Assembly: GCA_964562105.1 (NCBI GenBank)
Contig: CAZLRP010000002.1
Coordinates: 19,222-83,221 of the forward strand
DNA: 64,000 nt
DNA from: an uncultured Candidatus Saccharibacteria bacterium
Lineage (GTDB): Bacteria; Patescibacteriota; Minisyncoccia; Phycocordibacterales; GWA1-40-21
Reading direction: 5' to 3'
Part shown: one piece after another, positions 29,457-39,447 of the stretch
Layout of the letters: each line of letters starts with the position of its first letter
Position numbering within the stretch: the stretch's first letter is position 1
Notes under the pieces: model-generated
What the model was told of the DNA's origin: nothing
What the model saw: only the letters and a program-made list of their open reading frames with translations
Database searches by the model: none
Position numbers and translations under genes: made by a program

Positions 29457-30221
29457 TCAAAATTGATTTACCAACCTCAAATCCCCTGAGTAAAACAGTC
29501 TGATATCATCTATCCCGTATTTCATCATTGCCAATCGTTCCACAGAACCACCGAAGGCAAAACCTGTCCATTCATCCGGATTTATTCCAACATTTTTCAA
29601 AACTTTCGGATGCACAATTCCCGCTCCCATTACTTCCACCCAGCCGGTTCCTTTGCATACTGGGCAACCAGCCTCTCCCCCGTTGCATTTAAAACAAGAA
29701 ATATCTATTTCCGCCCCAGGCTCAACAAACGGAAAATAACTTGGCCTGAATCTGACATTAATATCTTTTTCAAAAAATTTATCAAAAAAAACGTTTACGA
29801 CAGACTTAAGGTTTGCCAAAGAAACATTTTTATCTACATACAAACCTTCAAATTGTTGGAACTGCATTTCATGCGTAGCATCAGTCGCTTCTTTTCTATA
29901 AACTTTACCTGGACAAATTATTCTAAAAGGAAGTTTTTTATTTTCTTCCATAAAATGAACTTGCATCGGGCTTGTGTGCGTTCGCAATAATTTATTTTCC
30001 ACACCAGGCGAATTTTTATTCGGTTTGACCCAAAAAGTATCCTGCATATCTCTTGCTGGGTGATCCTTAGGAACATTTAGAGCATCGAAGTTGTAATATT
30101 CCGTTTCCAATTCTGGTCCATCAGTAAGAGTGAATCCCATTTCAAAAAAAATCTTATTGATGTCGTTTATCACTCGGGTAATCGGATGAACATGTACGGT
30201 TTTTTTGTCCAAATTTTGCAT
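29457..30221 (-). CDS. pheS: Phenylalanyl-tRNA synthetase alpha (lacks N-terminal coiled coil)
   Basis: NFDALN, HPARDMQDTF, LRTHTSP, RFRPSYFPFVEP, GFAFG. Confidence 0.97.
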   Translation of the reverse strand: MQNLDKKTVHVHPITRVINDINKIFFEMGFTLTDGPELETEYYNFDALNVPKDHPARDMQDTFWVKPNKNSPGVENKLLRTHTSPMQVHFMEENKKLPFRIICPGKVYRKEATDATHEMQFQQFEGLYVDKNVSLANLKSVVNVFFDKFFEKDINVRFRPSYFPFVEPGAEIDISCFKCNGGEAGCPVCKGTGWVEVMGAGIVHPKVLKNVGINPDEWTGFAFGGSVERLAMMKYGIDDIRLFYSGDLRLVNQF

Positions 30222-30267
30222 AACCCCAATTATACAGAATTTTTACCTTTTTGCATCATATATGTTG

Positions 30268-30340
30268 TGCCATTCCCGTGAAAACGGAAATCTAGATTGA
30301 ATTAAATTAATTTTGGATTCCCGTTTTCACGGGAATGGCA
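30268..30340. repeat. REP-doublet (REPIN-like) ATTCCC-N8-GGGAAT element, copy 1
   Basis: Two inverted palindromes around a conserved AT-rich spacer; siblings at 41305, 49094, 50055. Confidence 0.9.
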
Positions 30341-30481
30341 GATGTGAAGAGCGGCGCCGAAGGCGCCGCTCTTTTAAATTCTTAAATTAACTATTTTTAT
30401 ACCACATTTTCACTTTTTTCTTCGTACAAAATCCATATTTAAAGCTTTTTTTATATAATAAAAAGTGCTATATTGATGTTT

Positions 30482-31711
30482 ATGATTTCGAATTATATCG
30501 TATATATAGCTTTATTCTTTTCCCTGTATTTCGAGGTTTTTGTGATGATAACCTATATTGAAAAAAGGAAAATCATAAAAACCGAATATCAAAAAATAAA
30601 TCCAAAAAAATGGCTCTCCGTCAATATTATCGTGCCTTGCTTTAATGAAAGCACCACAGTAATTGCAACCATAAATTCTCTGCTAAGTCTGGATTATCCT
30701 AAAGATAAATTAAAAATAATAGCCGTAGATGACGGAAGCACGGACAATACTTTTGAAGTATTACAAATTTTTAAAGACAATCCTCAAGTGCAAATTCATC
30801 ACAAAGAAAACGGCGGGAAATACACGGCATTGAATTTTGGCATTGAAAATAGCAAGTCCGATCTTTTGGGTTGTCTTGACGCCGATTCGTTCGTAGACAA
30901 AGATGCTTTGAAAAATATGCTTCCATATTTTGAAAATGAAAGAATAATGGCTGTCGTTCCGTCCATAAAAACATTTGAGTCGAAAAATCTCGTGCAAAAG
31001 ATGCAAATTACCGAATATGGTTGGGGTATTTTTATTAGAAAAATATTCTCATATTTAAATGCGCTTCATGTTACCCCAGGACCTTTCACTATTTTTCGCA
31101 GAAAAGTCTTCAAAAATATAGGAAAATATAGACATGCTCATCACACCGAAGATCTAGAAATGGCACTCCGAATGCAAAAAAACAATTATAAGATAGTAAA
31201 TAGCCACAGATCTATTGTTTATACCGTAACTCCGAATACCATTAAAACTTTATATAAACAAAGGCGCAGATGGACATATGGCTTTTTGAAAAACGTTATA
31301 GACTACAAAACTATGTTTTTTAAAAAAGAATATGGAAATCTTGGGTTCTTCGTTTTACCTCTCTCGGTAATATCCGTTTTCACTAGCATTTATTTAGCTA
31401 CAAATTTTGTAATAGCAAATGCAAATAAACTTTTTGAACAAATAACAAAAATTAAGATGGTGGGCATCACTTTTACCAAGTTTAATTTTGATTGGTTTTA
31501 CTTTAATACAAGCTTGTCGTCTATAATAGCCATAATTATCGTACTGACAAGCATTGCCATAATTTTAATATCAATAAAGTTATCAGAGGGAAAAATAAAA
31601 ATAAAATCCGGGTTCTTTTATTTTATATTCTTATATCCATTTATTGCTCCGCTATGGCTCGCAAGTGCAGTATTTAATACTCTTTTTTCAAAAACAATAA
31701 CATGGAGATAA
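30482..31711 (+). CDS. Processive GT2 glycosyltransferase (IcaA/cellulose-synthase-like)
   Basis: VPCFNE, DDGSTD, DAD, TED, QRRRW; flanking TM helices. Confidence 0.9.
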   Translation: MISNYIVYIALFFSLYFEVFVMITYIEKRKIIKTEYQKINPKKWLSVNIIVPCFNESTTVIATINSLLSLDYPKDKLKIIAVDDGSTDNTFEVLQIFKDNPQVQIHHKENGGKYTALNFGIENSKSDLLGCLDADSFVDKDALKNMLPYFENERIMAVVPSIKTFESKNLVQKMQITEYGWGIFIRKIFSYLNALHVTPGPFTIFRRKVFKNIGKYRHAHHTEDLEMALRMQKNNYKIVNSHRSIVYTVTPNTIKTLYKQRRRWTYGFLKNVIDYKTMFFKKEYGNLGFFVLPLSVISVFTSIYLATNFVIANANKLFEQITKIKMVGITFTKFNFDWFYFNTSLSSIIAIIIVLTSIAIILISIKLSEGKIKIKSGFFYFIFLYPFIAPLWLASAVFNTLFSKTITWR

Positions 31712-32415
31712 AAAACGACAGGGAAAAAACGGACTGGCTTAAATATTTTTATACTTTTGTTATTACCGCTTTGATTTTTGTTACGGCAATATACATAAGC
31801 AACTACTTCAGCAATAAAAAATTGGGTCAACTAAAAACAATGGAAGATAAGATATCTCTGGATATACTTTCTTCGGAAATACAGTTCTCCCTGCTATCCG
31901 AATCATCGTGCCAAGATATTGATGACAATACTCTTTCTAGGGAAGTCAGCCAACTTGGAGATAAGCTTTCTTATACCGAGGGAAAAATCGGTTCAGATAA
32001 TCCAGATTTCATAAATTTAAAAACGTATTATTCTTTGCTTGAAATAAAAGATTATCTTTTAATGAAAAAAATTAGCGATAAATGCAAAGATAAGCCGGTT
32101 TTTATACTCTACTTTTACTCAAATGATAAGAATTCTTGTCCAGATTGTCAAAAAGAAGGGTATGTGCTGACAAAACTGCACGAAATGTATCCATTAATCA
32201 GAATATATTCATTTGATTATGATTTTAATATATCAACGATAGAAACTTTAAAATCAATATATAAGATAGAGAATAGGCTTCCTGCAATGTATATAAATGG
32301 AAAAATTCAATACGGATTAAAAAACATTGATGAAATAAAAAAGATTATACCTGAGACAAAGGTTTGGGATAAAGAAGCTGCGGCAAGCAGTACGTCAAAT
32401 GGACCAGGAAATTAA
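31702..32415 (+). CDS. Membrane-anchored protein with C-terminal thioredoxin-like CxxC domain
   Basis: N-terminal TM; ILYFYS...CPDC...P. Confidence 0.7.
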   Translation: MEIKNDREKTDWLKYFYTFVITALIFVTAIYISNYFSNKKLGQLKTMEDKISLDILSSEIQFSLLSESSCQDIDDNTLSREVSQLGDKLSYTEGKIGSDNPDFINLKTYYSLLEIKDYLLMKKISDKCKDKPVFILYFYSNDKNSCPDCQKEGYVLTKLHEMYPLIRIYSFDYDFNISTIETLKSIYKIENRLPAMYINGKIQYGLKNIDEIKKIIPETKVWDKEAAASSTSNGPGN

Positions 32416-32514
32416 ATTTTTTAAAAAACAGATAGATTTTTCTAAAAAATACTGGTTTTTTCTGTAATAATGTGTATAATATCCGCTAGTTGAGTATAAA
32501 CACCCTTTAATTAC

Positions 32515-32587
32515 GCCACCTTAGCTCAGTTGGTAGAGCAACGCTTTTGTAAAGCGAAGGTCCCCAGTTCAAGTCTGGGAGGTGGCT
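32515..32587 (+). tRNA. tRNA-Thr(UGU), CCA not encoded
   Basis: GCCACCT acceptor / AGGTGGC, D-arm TAGCTCAGTTGGTAGAGC, anticodon stem CGCTT/AAGCG with TGT, T-loop GTTCAAG. Confidence 0.97.
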
Positions 32588-32611
32588 CAATAAAAAAAAT
32601 CCCTTATCAGG

Positions 32612-32743
32612 TTTTTTATTGAGTTACCTCAGAAAGCAAACTGCTTTGCTTTCGTCCAGACTTGAAAGACTTTTCCGTATCGAATGAAATGAAAATGGAA
32701 AAGTACCTGGCTACGTGGTAGCCAAGTCTGGGAGGTGGCTCCA
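32612..32743. repeat. Inverted (interrupted) and direct copies of the tRNA-Thr 3' end
   Basis: TTATTGAGTTACCTC..CCAGACTTGAA (32617-32666) is revcomp of the tRNA end; CAAGTCTGGGAGGTGGCTCCA at 32723-32743 is a direct copy. Confidence 0.88.
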
Positions 32744-32777
32744 AAAACAAAAACCACTTATTTTTAAGTGGTTTTAA

Positions 32778-33158
32778 TTATGATAAATTCTTTTTTCTTA
32801 AAGAATTTTTGTAGTCTGTAACATTTTTAAGAAAAAAAGATACTGAATTTTTATTCATCTGGTTAGGTTTTTGCGGACTTAAAAAAAATGTGGGCTGTTT
32901 GCTATCAAACCTTCTTTTTAAATAAATTACTTCTTTTTTTATAAAGTTGACAATAGCTACCGTTAACCTGTGAAAATTTTTAAATTTTATCTTGGAAAAG
33001 ATATTTCTGCTTTTGCTGACTATTTTATGGCAATGTTCATCATTTTTACAAACTATATTTGAGATAACTTCATGGTGTTCAAAAGATATGCCAAAATACT
33101 TCATCGTAAACATTAGAATCAGAAAAAGTAATGATGTATAAAATAAAGTTATAGACAT
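32778..33158 (-). CDS. Hypothetical protein with N-terminal TM helix
   Basis: 126-aa ORF downstream of tsf. Confidence 0.7.
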   Translation of the reverse strand: MSITLFYTSLLFLILMFTMKYFGISFEHHEVISNIVCKNDEHCHKIVSKSRNIFSKIKFKNFHRLTVAIVNFIKKEVIYLKRRFDSKQPTFFLSPQKPNQMNKNSVSFFLKNVTDYKNSLRKKNLS

Positions 33159-33255
33159 AATTTAAAAAGTTGTAGCTTATTAGCCTTTTAGCTTATACTG
33201 AGACACACATGTAATTATATTCCCCAAGAAGATAAAAAGCTACAAGCCAATTCTC

Positions 33256-33843
33256 CTACTTAGTTGTACTGAAACGAACAAATCTGGCTATTTCTATCTT
33301 TTCGCCAAACTTTTGTATGGCATTCTGAATAAGCGTATTTATAGTGATGCTTGGATCTTTTATAAAATCCTGTTCTATCAATATTCTTTCTTTGAAAAAT
33401 GCATCGAGTTTGCCATTTAATATTTTTTCCCTCATAGCCTCTGGTTTATCTTTAACTTCATCAAGAAAAGCATTCGAGACTTTTGTTTTTTCAGCTTCAG
33501 ATACGTCTTCTTTTTTGATATAAGCAGGATCAGTAGCCGCTATCTGCATGGCAATATCATATGCCAGCTTTTGAAAATCTTCGTGTTTAGACACAAAATC
33601 TGATTCGGAACAAAGCTCTACCAAAACCCCAACTGAGCCTATTCCGTGAACATAAGACACTATTCTGCTTGATTTTAAAACTCTATCTGCTTTTTTGGCG
33701 GCTGTTTCTGCTCCTTTTTTTTGAAGATACACCATAGCCTTGCTCATATCACCGCTAGCATCTTCAAGAGCTTTCTTGCACTGCATTATTGATATTCCAG
33801 TTTTCTCGCGAAGTTCTTTTACTAATTCCATTGATATATCCAT
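33256..33843 (-). CDS. tsf: Elongation factor Ts (short form)
   Basis: VKELREKTG..IMQCKKAL, ESDFV, FGEKIEIARFVRF. Confidence 0.96.
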   Translation of the reverse strand: MDISMELVKELREKTGISIMQCKKALEDASGDMSKAMVYLQKKGAETAAKKADRVLKSSRIVSYVHGIGSVGVLVELCSESDFVSKHEDFQKLAYDIAMQIAATDPAYIKKEDVSEAEKTKVSNAFLDEVKDKPEAMREKILNGKLDAFFKERILIEQDFIKDPSITINTLIQNAIQKFGEKIEIARFVRFSTTK

Positions 33844-33920
33844 AAATAATAAGTTTAAAAGTTGAAAGTTATAAAGTTAACACAAAAAAATAAAATCAAA
33901 CAAATACGGGAGCAATTATA

Positions 33921-34679
33921 CTACACTTTTTCTGACTTTCCAGCTTTGTATGATTTTACTATTTCTGACACGAAAAATGCGACACTTGAAATAGATGCGT
34001 CATTAGCAACTATCGGGAAATCAATAATTTTAATATTGCAATCTGTATTGGCAAGCGCAATTACTGGAATTCCAGCTTTTTTAGCTTCAGCTACCGCAAT
34101 AAATTCTTTTTTGGGATCAATTACAAATAAAGCCTTTGGAGCGTCTTTCATTATTACTATGCCTGAAAACATTTCTTCTAGATTAGCTATTTCTCTATCA
34201 ATAAGTAGTCGTTCCTTTTTTGTATATTTTGATAACTCCCCTTTTTCTTTTTGTTTTTGCAAATCTTCAAATTTAGCAATCCTTTTTTTAATTTCTGCAA
34301 AGTTTGTAATAGCGCCTCCTATCCATCTTCCATCTACATATGGCATATTAATAGATTCTGCGCCAATTTTTAAGGCGGTTCTTGCTTCGTTTTTTCCTCC
34401 AACAAAAAGTATTTGTTTTCCCGATTTGGCAAGATCCGAGACAAATTTTTTGGCTTTCTCAAGCTGTTCATTTGTCTTTTCCAGATCTATTATCTCCACT
34501 TTGTTTTTTGTTCCAAAAATAAAAGGCGATGTTGAGGCGTCTCTTCTAGATTTTTGATAACCAAAATGAGCGCCTGCTTTGAACATAGCGTCAATCGTAT
34601 CGTTGTTTTTTGGTTGCACTAAAGCTGTTGAATGTGCCGAAGTCTGACTTGTTAAATGTGTTTTTTTTTCTTCTACCAT
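33921..34679 (-). CDS. rpsB: 30S ribosomal protein S2
   Basis: AGAHFG, IIDLEKT, RWIGG..TNF, ANDAS. Confidence 0.97.
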   Translation of the reverse strand: MVEEKKTHLTSQTSAHSTALVQPKNNDTIDAMFKAGAHFGYQKSRRDASTSPFIFGTKNKVEIIDLEKTNEQLEKAKKFVSDLAKSGKQILFVGGKNEARTALKIGAESINMPYVDGRWIGGAITNFAEIKKRIAKFEDLQKQKEKGELSKYTKKERLLIDREIANLEEMFSGIVIMKDAPKALFVIDPKKEFIAVAEAKKAGIPVIALANTDCNIKIIDFPIVANDASISSVAFFVSEIVKSYKAGKSEKV

Positions 34680-34869
34680 AGTTTTCCGAGTATATCAGAA
34701 TATAAAAAAATATCAAGATAGTTTGATATTGTAGTTGCTATGGTTTTTAAAAAACGGTTGAATTTTCGCTCTGCGAAAATTCAACCGTTTTTGTATTAAG
34801 TAATCTATAATATTACAACAACTAAAACATCACTATGGATATCCCTTCGTATCATTGTTAATTTCTGCG

Positions 34870-35880
34870 TCAGTCTGCGTCTTGTCCGCTATTGTCTGCA
34901 TCAGCATCTTGAGGCTTGCAGTTATTTTTTACTATGTAATCCACGATATCAACCATTCCATCTCCCGCGAATATATTTTCTATATTATACCAGGAATGTT
35001 TTACTCTATGATCTGTGACTCTATCCTGTAAAATATTGTAGGTTCTAATTTTTTCTGATCTATCAGCAGTTCCTATTTGATCCTTTCTTTCTCCGGCAAA
35101 TTTCTTGGCATCTTCTTCTTCTTTTTTCAATTCAATTTTTGCAATAAGAATAGACATGGCTTTATCTTTATTTTTTGCCTGACTTCTTTCCGCAGTTGAA
35201 CGAACATCAATCCCCGTCGGAATGTGAACTATCCTTACGGCAGTTTCAACTTTATTTACATTCTGACCCCCAGCTCCACCGGATCTAGAAAATTCCACAA
35301 GCAAATCTGATGGTTTTATTTCTATTTTCGATTTTTTTCTTATAGGCAAAACTGCCACTGTAGCGGTAGAGGTATGAACCCTTCCGGATTTTTCAGTTTC
35401 TGGAACTCTTTGGACTCTATGTACGCCTGTCTCAAACCTTAATTCCTTATAAACTTCTTTCCCTTTAATTTCAATTGATACTTCTTTATAACCCCCCAAA
35501 GATGATCTTGACTCATTTACAAAAGAGAAAGACCATCCTTTAAGTTCAGAAAATCTTTTATATATTTTTGCCAAATCTTCCGCAAAAATCGCCGCTTCCT
35601 CACCTCCCACTCCTGCTCGGATTTCCATAACTGCTTCATTTGGAAATTCATCCGCCTTTTCATCAACGGCGGTAATATTTTTCATTTGCTCCAAGAGATT
35701 TTCTTTTTGAGAAGCTATGCTTTTCATCTCTTCATCTGCCAAAGAAAACATGGCGGGATCTTTTTCAGCCATTTTTTTTATGGATTCTTCTTCATTTTCC
35801 AAACGAATATACTCTTCGGCTAAAAAAGTCGTTTTTTTATTTTTTCTAAATTCTTCTATTAATTCTTGATTTGGATTCAT
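34870..35880 (-). CDS. prfA: Peptide chain release factor 1
   Basis: EIRAGVGGEEA, VHRVQRVPET (PxT), GGQ, RSEKIRTYN. Confidence 0.95.
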   Translation of the reverse strand: MNPNQELIEEFRKNKKTTFLAEEYIRLENEEESIKKMAEKDPAMFSLADEEMKSIASQKENLLEQMKNITAVDEKADEFPNEAVMEIRAGVGGEEAAIFAEDLAKIYKRFSELKGWSFSFVNESRSSLGGYKEVSIEIKGKEVYKELRFETGVHRVQRVPETEKSGRVHTSTATVAVLPIRKKSKIEIKPSDLLVEFSRSGGAGGQNVNKVETAVRIVHIPTGIDVRSTAERSQAKNKDKAMSILIAKIELKKEEEDAKKFAGERKDQIGTADRSEKIRTYNILQDRVTDHRVKHSWYNIENIFAGDGMVDIVDYIVKNNCKPQDADADNSGQDAD

Positions 35881-35951
35881 AATATAATGATAATATTTTA
35901 ACACACAATAATAAAACCGCACTTTAAAGCACGGCTTCATTATAAAAACAA

Positions 35952-36191
35952 CTATTTACCCGTTTTATTTTTTTTAATTTTTTTAACAGACGCTTTTGTT
36001 GCTCTGGCCTTGAATTTTTCCACTCTGCCTGCTGTATCTAAAACTTTTTCATTTCCGGTATAAAATGGGTGACAATTGCCACAAATTTCCACACTAATAG
36101 TCTCTTTGGTTGAACCAAAGTCATACGTCGCTCCGCAAGCGCAAACTGTTTTCGCTTTATTAAAATATTTTGGGTGTATATCTTTTTTCAT
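35952..36191 (-). CDS. rpmE: 50S ribosomal protein L31
   Basis: [29 protein letters not shown]. Confidence 0.97.
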   Translation of the reverse strand: MKKDIHPKYFNKAKTVCACGATYDFGSTKETISVEICGNCHPFYTGNEKVLDTAGRVEKFKARATKASVKKIKKNKTGK

Positions 36192-36250
36192 GTTACGAAT
36201 TATTATACTAATATACGAATTTATGCGAATGATACGAATGGCTACAAATA
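36192..36250 (-). repeat. ACGAAT tandem array, right-arm copy, abutting the rpmE start
   Basis: Revcomp matches 21110-21153. Confidence 0.85.
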
Positions 36251-36371
36251 TACACCATACGAACTATTCAGATGCAAGAATAGTACATTATTTTATAAAA
36301 AATACAAGAGCGGTTTTGGCTTCGCCAAAACCGCTCTTGTATTTTTTATTTTTCCTAAAAACTAGGACCTA

Positions 36372-37742
36372 CTATAGACTTAGAGTCTCAATATCCTTCT
36401 CAAACTGCAAGGCCCTTGTTAAAACCGATGCTCCGTAACCATAACGCATAGAATTTGAAAGTTTCGTGCCCTTTAAACTTAAGCCCCCATAATATTTTGC
36501 TGCAGAACACGACCAAAGATCATTTCTTTTTGTAAAGGCGGTTTTGCATCGATCCTGATTATCTTTGAGTAAAACTGCGGAAGCGGTAAAAGCAGCCAAA
36601 TTATTAAAAGGCGAAGGGTATGATACGCCTATAATATTGGAAACTCTAGTTGATATACTATCCCATGTAAGTGGCATAAATTGAGCGGGACCCATGGCAC
36701 CGCCGTAATTTCCGTCCCTACATATCGGGCAAGATATAGGAGTGGTATTAGCGTTCAAACCAAGATTATTCATTATTTCCAAGAAATATGGCTTTTGAGT
36801 TTCGGACATAACTGTTTTACCAGTTAAACACAGTGACGCCTGATTATATGTGCATTTGCCGATATTTTTTCCGATAGTATTATCTACGGCAGATTCCTGA
36901 AAAAGTACTGCAAGAATTAAAGCGGAATTTACGCCTATCGTGCTTTCATAAGGTTGAATAATTTTAAGCGCATTACCAAAAGATATTTCCTCACCGCTTG
37001 CGGTTTTGTACAGTCTATTTCTTATTTGATTTTTTAATTTTTCTTTCTCAGCAATAAGTTTCTGGTATTCCGTTTCCTTATTTTTTGTTATTGATAAAAG
37101 AGTTTGTTGTTCTGTCTTATAACTTTCGGTTGTTTTTTTCGCTTGCTCTTGTTCGTATTTCAATTTTGATTCTTGTGTTTGTTTCGTCTCCAAATCTTTT
37201 TTTTCTGTTTCGGACGTCTTTTTTATACCGGTAAGCTCTTGTATGAGCTCCTGAAGTTTTTCGTTTATAGTGGCATAATTATCCGTGTCTATAAAAAAAT
37301 TGGACAAATCTTTGCTGGACAAGAGCACATCAACAATCGATGTATCGTCCATAGCATAACTTTCCCTTATCATCTTTCCGATAGATTTTTTTATATCCTC
37401 CATTCTATCTGATAATTGACCTATGTATTTGGTTTTTGTAACGATATTATCACCTAATTGCTTAATTTTTGCGTTTTTTGCCTTTATTTCCAATTGTATT
37501 TTTGTTATTTTATAGTTTAAATCAGCTATACCCTGTTGTAATTGTGAAGAATACTGTTTTGTACTATTGAATTTATTATTTAAATCAGCAAGGTCGGCAT
37601 CACATTGAGCCGAAATAGCCTGTAATTCCTGGTCAGTCTTGCCATCTAAATTTGAATCACAAGCAACAGCCCAAGCTATTGCGGGAGATAAAAATAATAC
37701 AAAAGAAATAAATGCCAAAATTTTGTTTTTGTAATAACTCAC
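36372..37742 (-). CDS. Secreted coiled-coil protein with C-terminal lytic-transglycosylase domain
   Basis: Signal peptide, CwlO/PcsB-like coiled coil, QES catalytic Glu, GGAMGPAQFMP.TW. Confidence 0.82.
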   Translation of the reverse strand: MSYYKNKILAFISFVLFLSPAIAWAVACDSNLDGKTDQELQAISAQCDADLADLNNKFNSTKQYSSQLQQGIADLNYKITKIQLEIKAKNAKIKQLGDNIVTKTKYIGQLSDRMEDIKKSIGKMIRESYAMDDTSIVDVLLSSKDLSNFFIDTDNYATINEKLQELIQELTGIKKTSETEKKDLETKQTQESKLKYEQEQAKKTTESYKTEQQTLLSITKNKETEYQKLIAEKEKLKNQIRNRLYKTASGEEISFGNALKIIQPYESTIGVNSALILAVLFQESAVDNTIGKNIGKCTYNQASLCLTGKTVMSETQKPYFLEIMNNLGLNANTTPISCPICRDGNYGGAMGPAQFMPLTWDSISTRVSNIIGVSYPSPFNNLAAFTASAVLLKDNQDRCKTAFTKRNDLWSCSAAKYYGGLSLKGTKLSNSMRYGYGASVLTRALQFEKDIETLSL

Positions 37743-37849
37743 AGTTATATTTTACTACATTTTATGGAGAAAAAACAGACATAAATAATACAAACTAAAA
37801 AGGATTTTGCTTCGCGAAATCCTTTTTAGTTTGTATTATTTCTTTTCTT

Positions 37850-37953
37850 CCCCCACACCATTTTCAAAGAATAAATATTATTATTTAATATTAAGATTTA
37901 TATGAAAAATATATTTTTGTCTTTATTATTCACATGTAAAAATGGTGAGGGGG
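37850..37953. repeat. Single MITE-like inverted repeat with AT-rich core
   Basis: CCCCCACACCATTTT ... AAAATGGTGAGGGGG. Confidence 0.6.
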
Positions 37954-37992
37954 CTGCGACAAAAAATTAAAAAATGCCCGAAAGGGCATTTT

Positions 37993-38682
37993 TTAATTTT
38001 TTGTCTCCGCTTTCTTTGGGGTTGCTTCTGGAGTTGCGGCTGCACCTTCTTCTCCCACTTCGCCTTCTTTAGCTTCCTTACCTTTCTTTTCTACTTCAAT
38101 TGCAGAAAGATCTACTGGAGCCACTTCTACAACTTCTTCTTTTGGTTCATATACTGAAGCAACTACATCTTCCGGCTTAACTTTTAACAAAACTCCTTCA
38201 GGAAGTTTTATTTTATCAGCTGTAATAACACTATCAAATGTTGCTAAGCTTGAAATATCTACTTCCAGCTTGTGAGGCAAATCTTTTGGCAAAGCTTCAA
38301 TTTCAACTTCGTGCATAACTTTTACGAGAATTCCTCCAAGATCTTTTACAGCCGGAGCAACTCCGATAAATTCAAGTGGAATTTTTATTTCAAGTTTCTT
38401 TCCTTTTTCAATAGCATAAAAATCAGCATGTCTTGGTTTGTCTGTAACAGGATCCAAATCCACATCTTTTATCAAAACATCAACATCAATGTCTTTCCCA
38501 TCAAGGTGTAATATTGTTGATTCTCCGGCTTCTTTTAGTGTTTTTTCAAAAATTGCATAAGGAAGCTGAATTGGAGTTGAAACTTCTTTTTTCCCATAAA
38601 AAACAGCCGGCATTTTTCCCGCTTTTCTGATTTCTGATAAGCTTTCTTTTAGACTTCTTTTTTCTACAGCTAATGTAATCAT
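37993..38682 (-). CDS. rplY: 50S ribosomal protein L25/Ctc
   Basis: RKAGKMPAVFYG, HADFY, IPLEFIG.APAVK, LPHKLEVDIS. Confidence 0.95.
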   Translation of the reverse strand: MITLAVEKRSLKESLSEIRKAGKMPAVFYGKKEVSTPIQLPYAIFEKTLKEAGESTILHLDGKDIDVDVLIKDVDLDPVTDKPRHADFYAIEKGKKLEIKIPLEFIGVAPAVKDLGGILVKVMHEVEIEALPKDLPHKLEVDISSLATFDSVITADKIKLPEGVLLKVKPEDVVASVYEPKEEVVEVAPVDLSAIEVEKKGKEAKEGEVGEEGAAATPEATPKKAETKN

Positions 38683-38736
38683 AGAAACAACATTATACAT
38701 AAAATAAGCTTGTTAGCAAGCCAAATACATACTATT

Positions 38737-39324
38737 TCAGAAATGAATTATTGACTTTTTATATTTTGTCCAGAGATAAAACAAAATTAACAATTGAATT
38801 CCTGCCATCAAAAACATTGGCAAAGCGATTGTTTGTGGAAAAATTGCTGAATCAACAAAGCCAGATTGAAGATAAATAATAGATCCAAAAGGAAATATAG
38901 AAACTATTAAAGGGAGGAGGATCAATGGTATTGCAAAAAATAGCCAAACAGCATCAGGCAAAGATAAAGATTGAAAAAAATGTGGCGTGGATAAGTAAGC
39001 AAATATAGATAAAGCACATAAAATTACGAGTAATGTCCAAATTGCAAATACATAAAGATCTGACCTGCTTATTTTCTTTAATTTTGAAAAATTAATTAGA
39101 ATTTTCGCTATTACTACATATATTCCTACTTTAACAGAAAAGGGTAATATTTTGTCAACCAGAGAATAGCCAATGGGATCTCGGTTACAATACAGATGAA
39201 TTACTAAAAAAATATCAAAAATACTTGCGAGAAAGAAAATCCATATAAAAATAGTAAGAAACTTGGGTGATTTTACTTCATTTATTGTTGTTTGAATATT
39301 ATCACTGTTTAAGTTTTGATCCAT
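38737..39324 (-). CDS. Multi-pass membrane hypothetical protein
   Basis: About five hydrophobic segments. Confidence 0.65.
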   Translation of the reverse strand: MDQNLNSDNIQTTINEVKSPKFLTIFIWIFFLASIFDIFLVIHLYCNRDPIGYSLVDKILPFSVKVGIYVVIAKILINFSKLKKISRSDLYVFAIWTLLVILCALSIFAYLSTPHFFQSLSLPDAVWLFFAIPLILLPLIVSIFPFGSIIYLQSGFVDSAIFPQTIALPMFLMAGIQLLILFYLWTKYKKSIIHF

Positions 39325-39447
39325 ATATGTTTATCTTTTATTAACTTATAAAATTAAAAATTCTCAGTTTTTCTTCTATCACTTTTTCCGACAAATCAAT
39401 TGCTGTAACATTTATGCCTTTTTCGGCAATCTATTTTATTTAACAGT

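Noticed and set aside
33862-34557. 231-aa plus-strand ORF
   Set aside because: Antisense to rpsB with no recognisable motifs; same for 50609-51190 (obgE) and the many short shadows in smc, dnaE and secA
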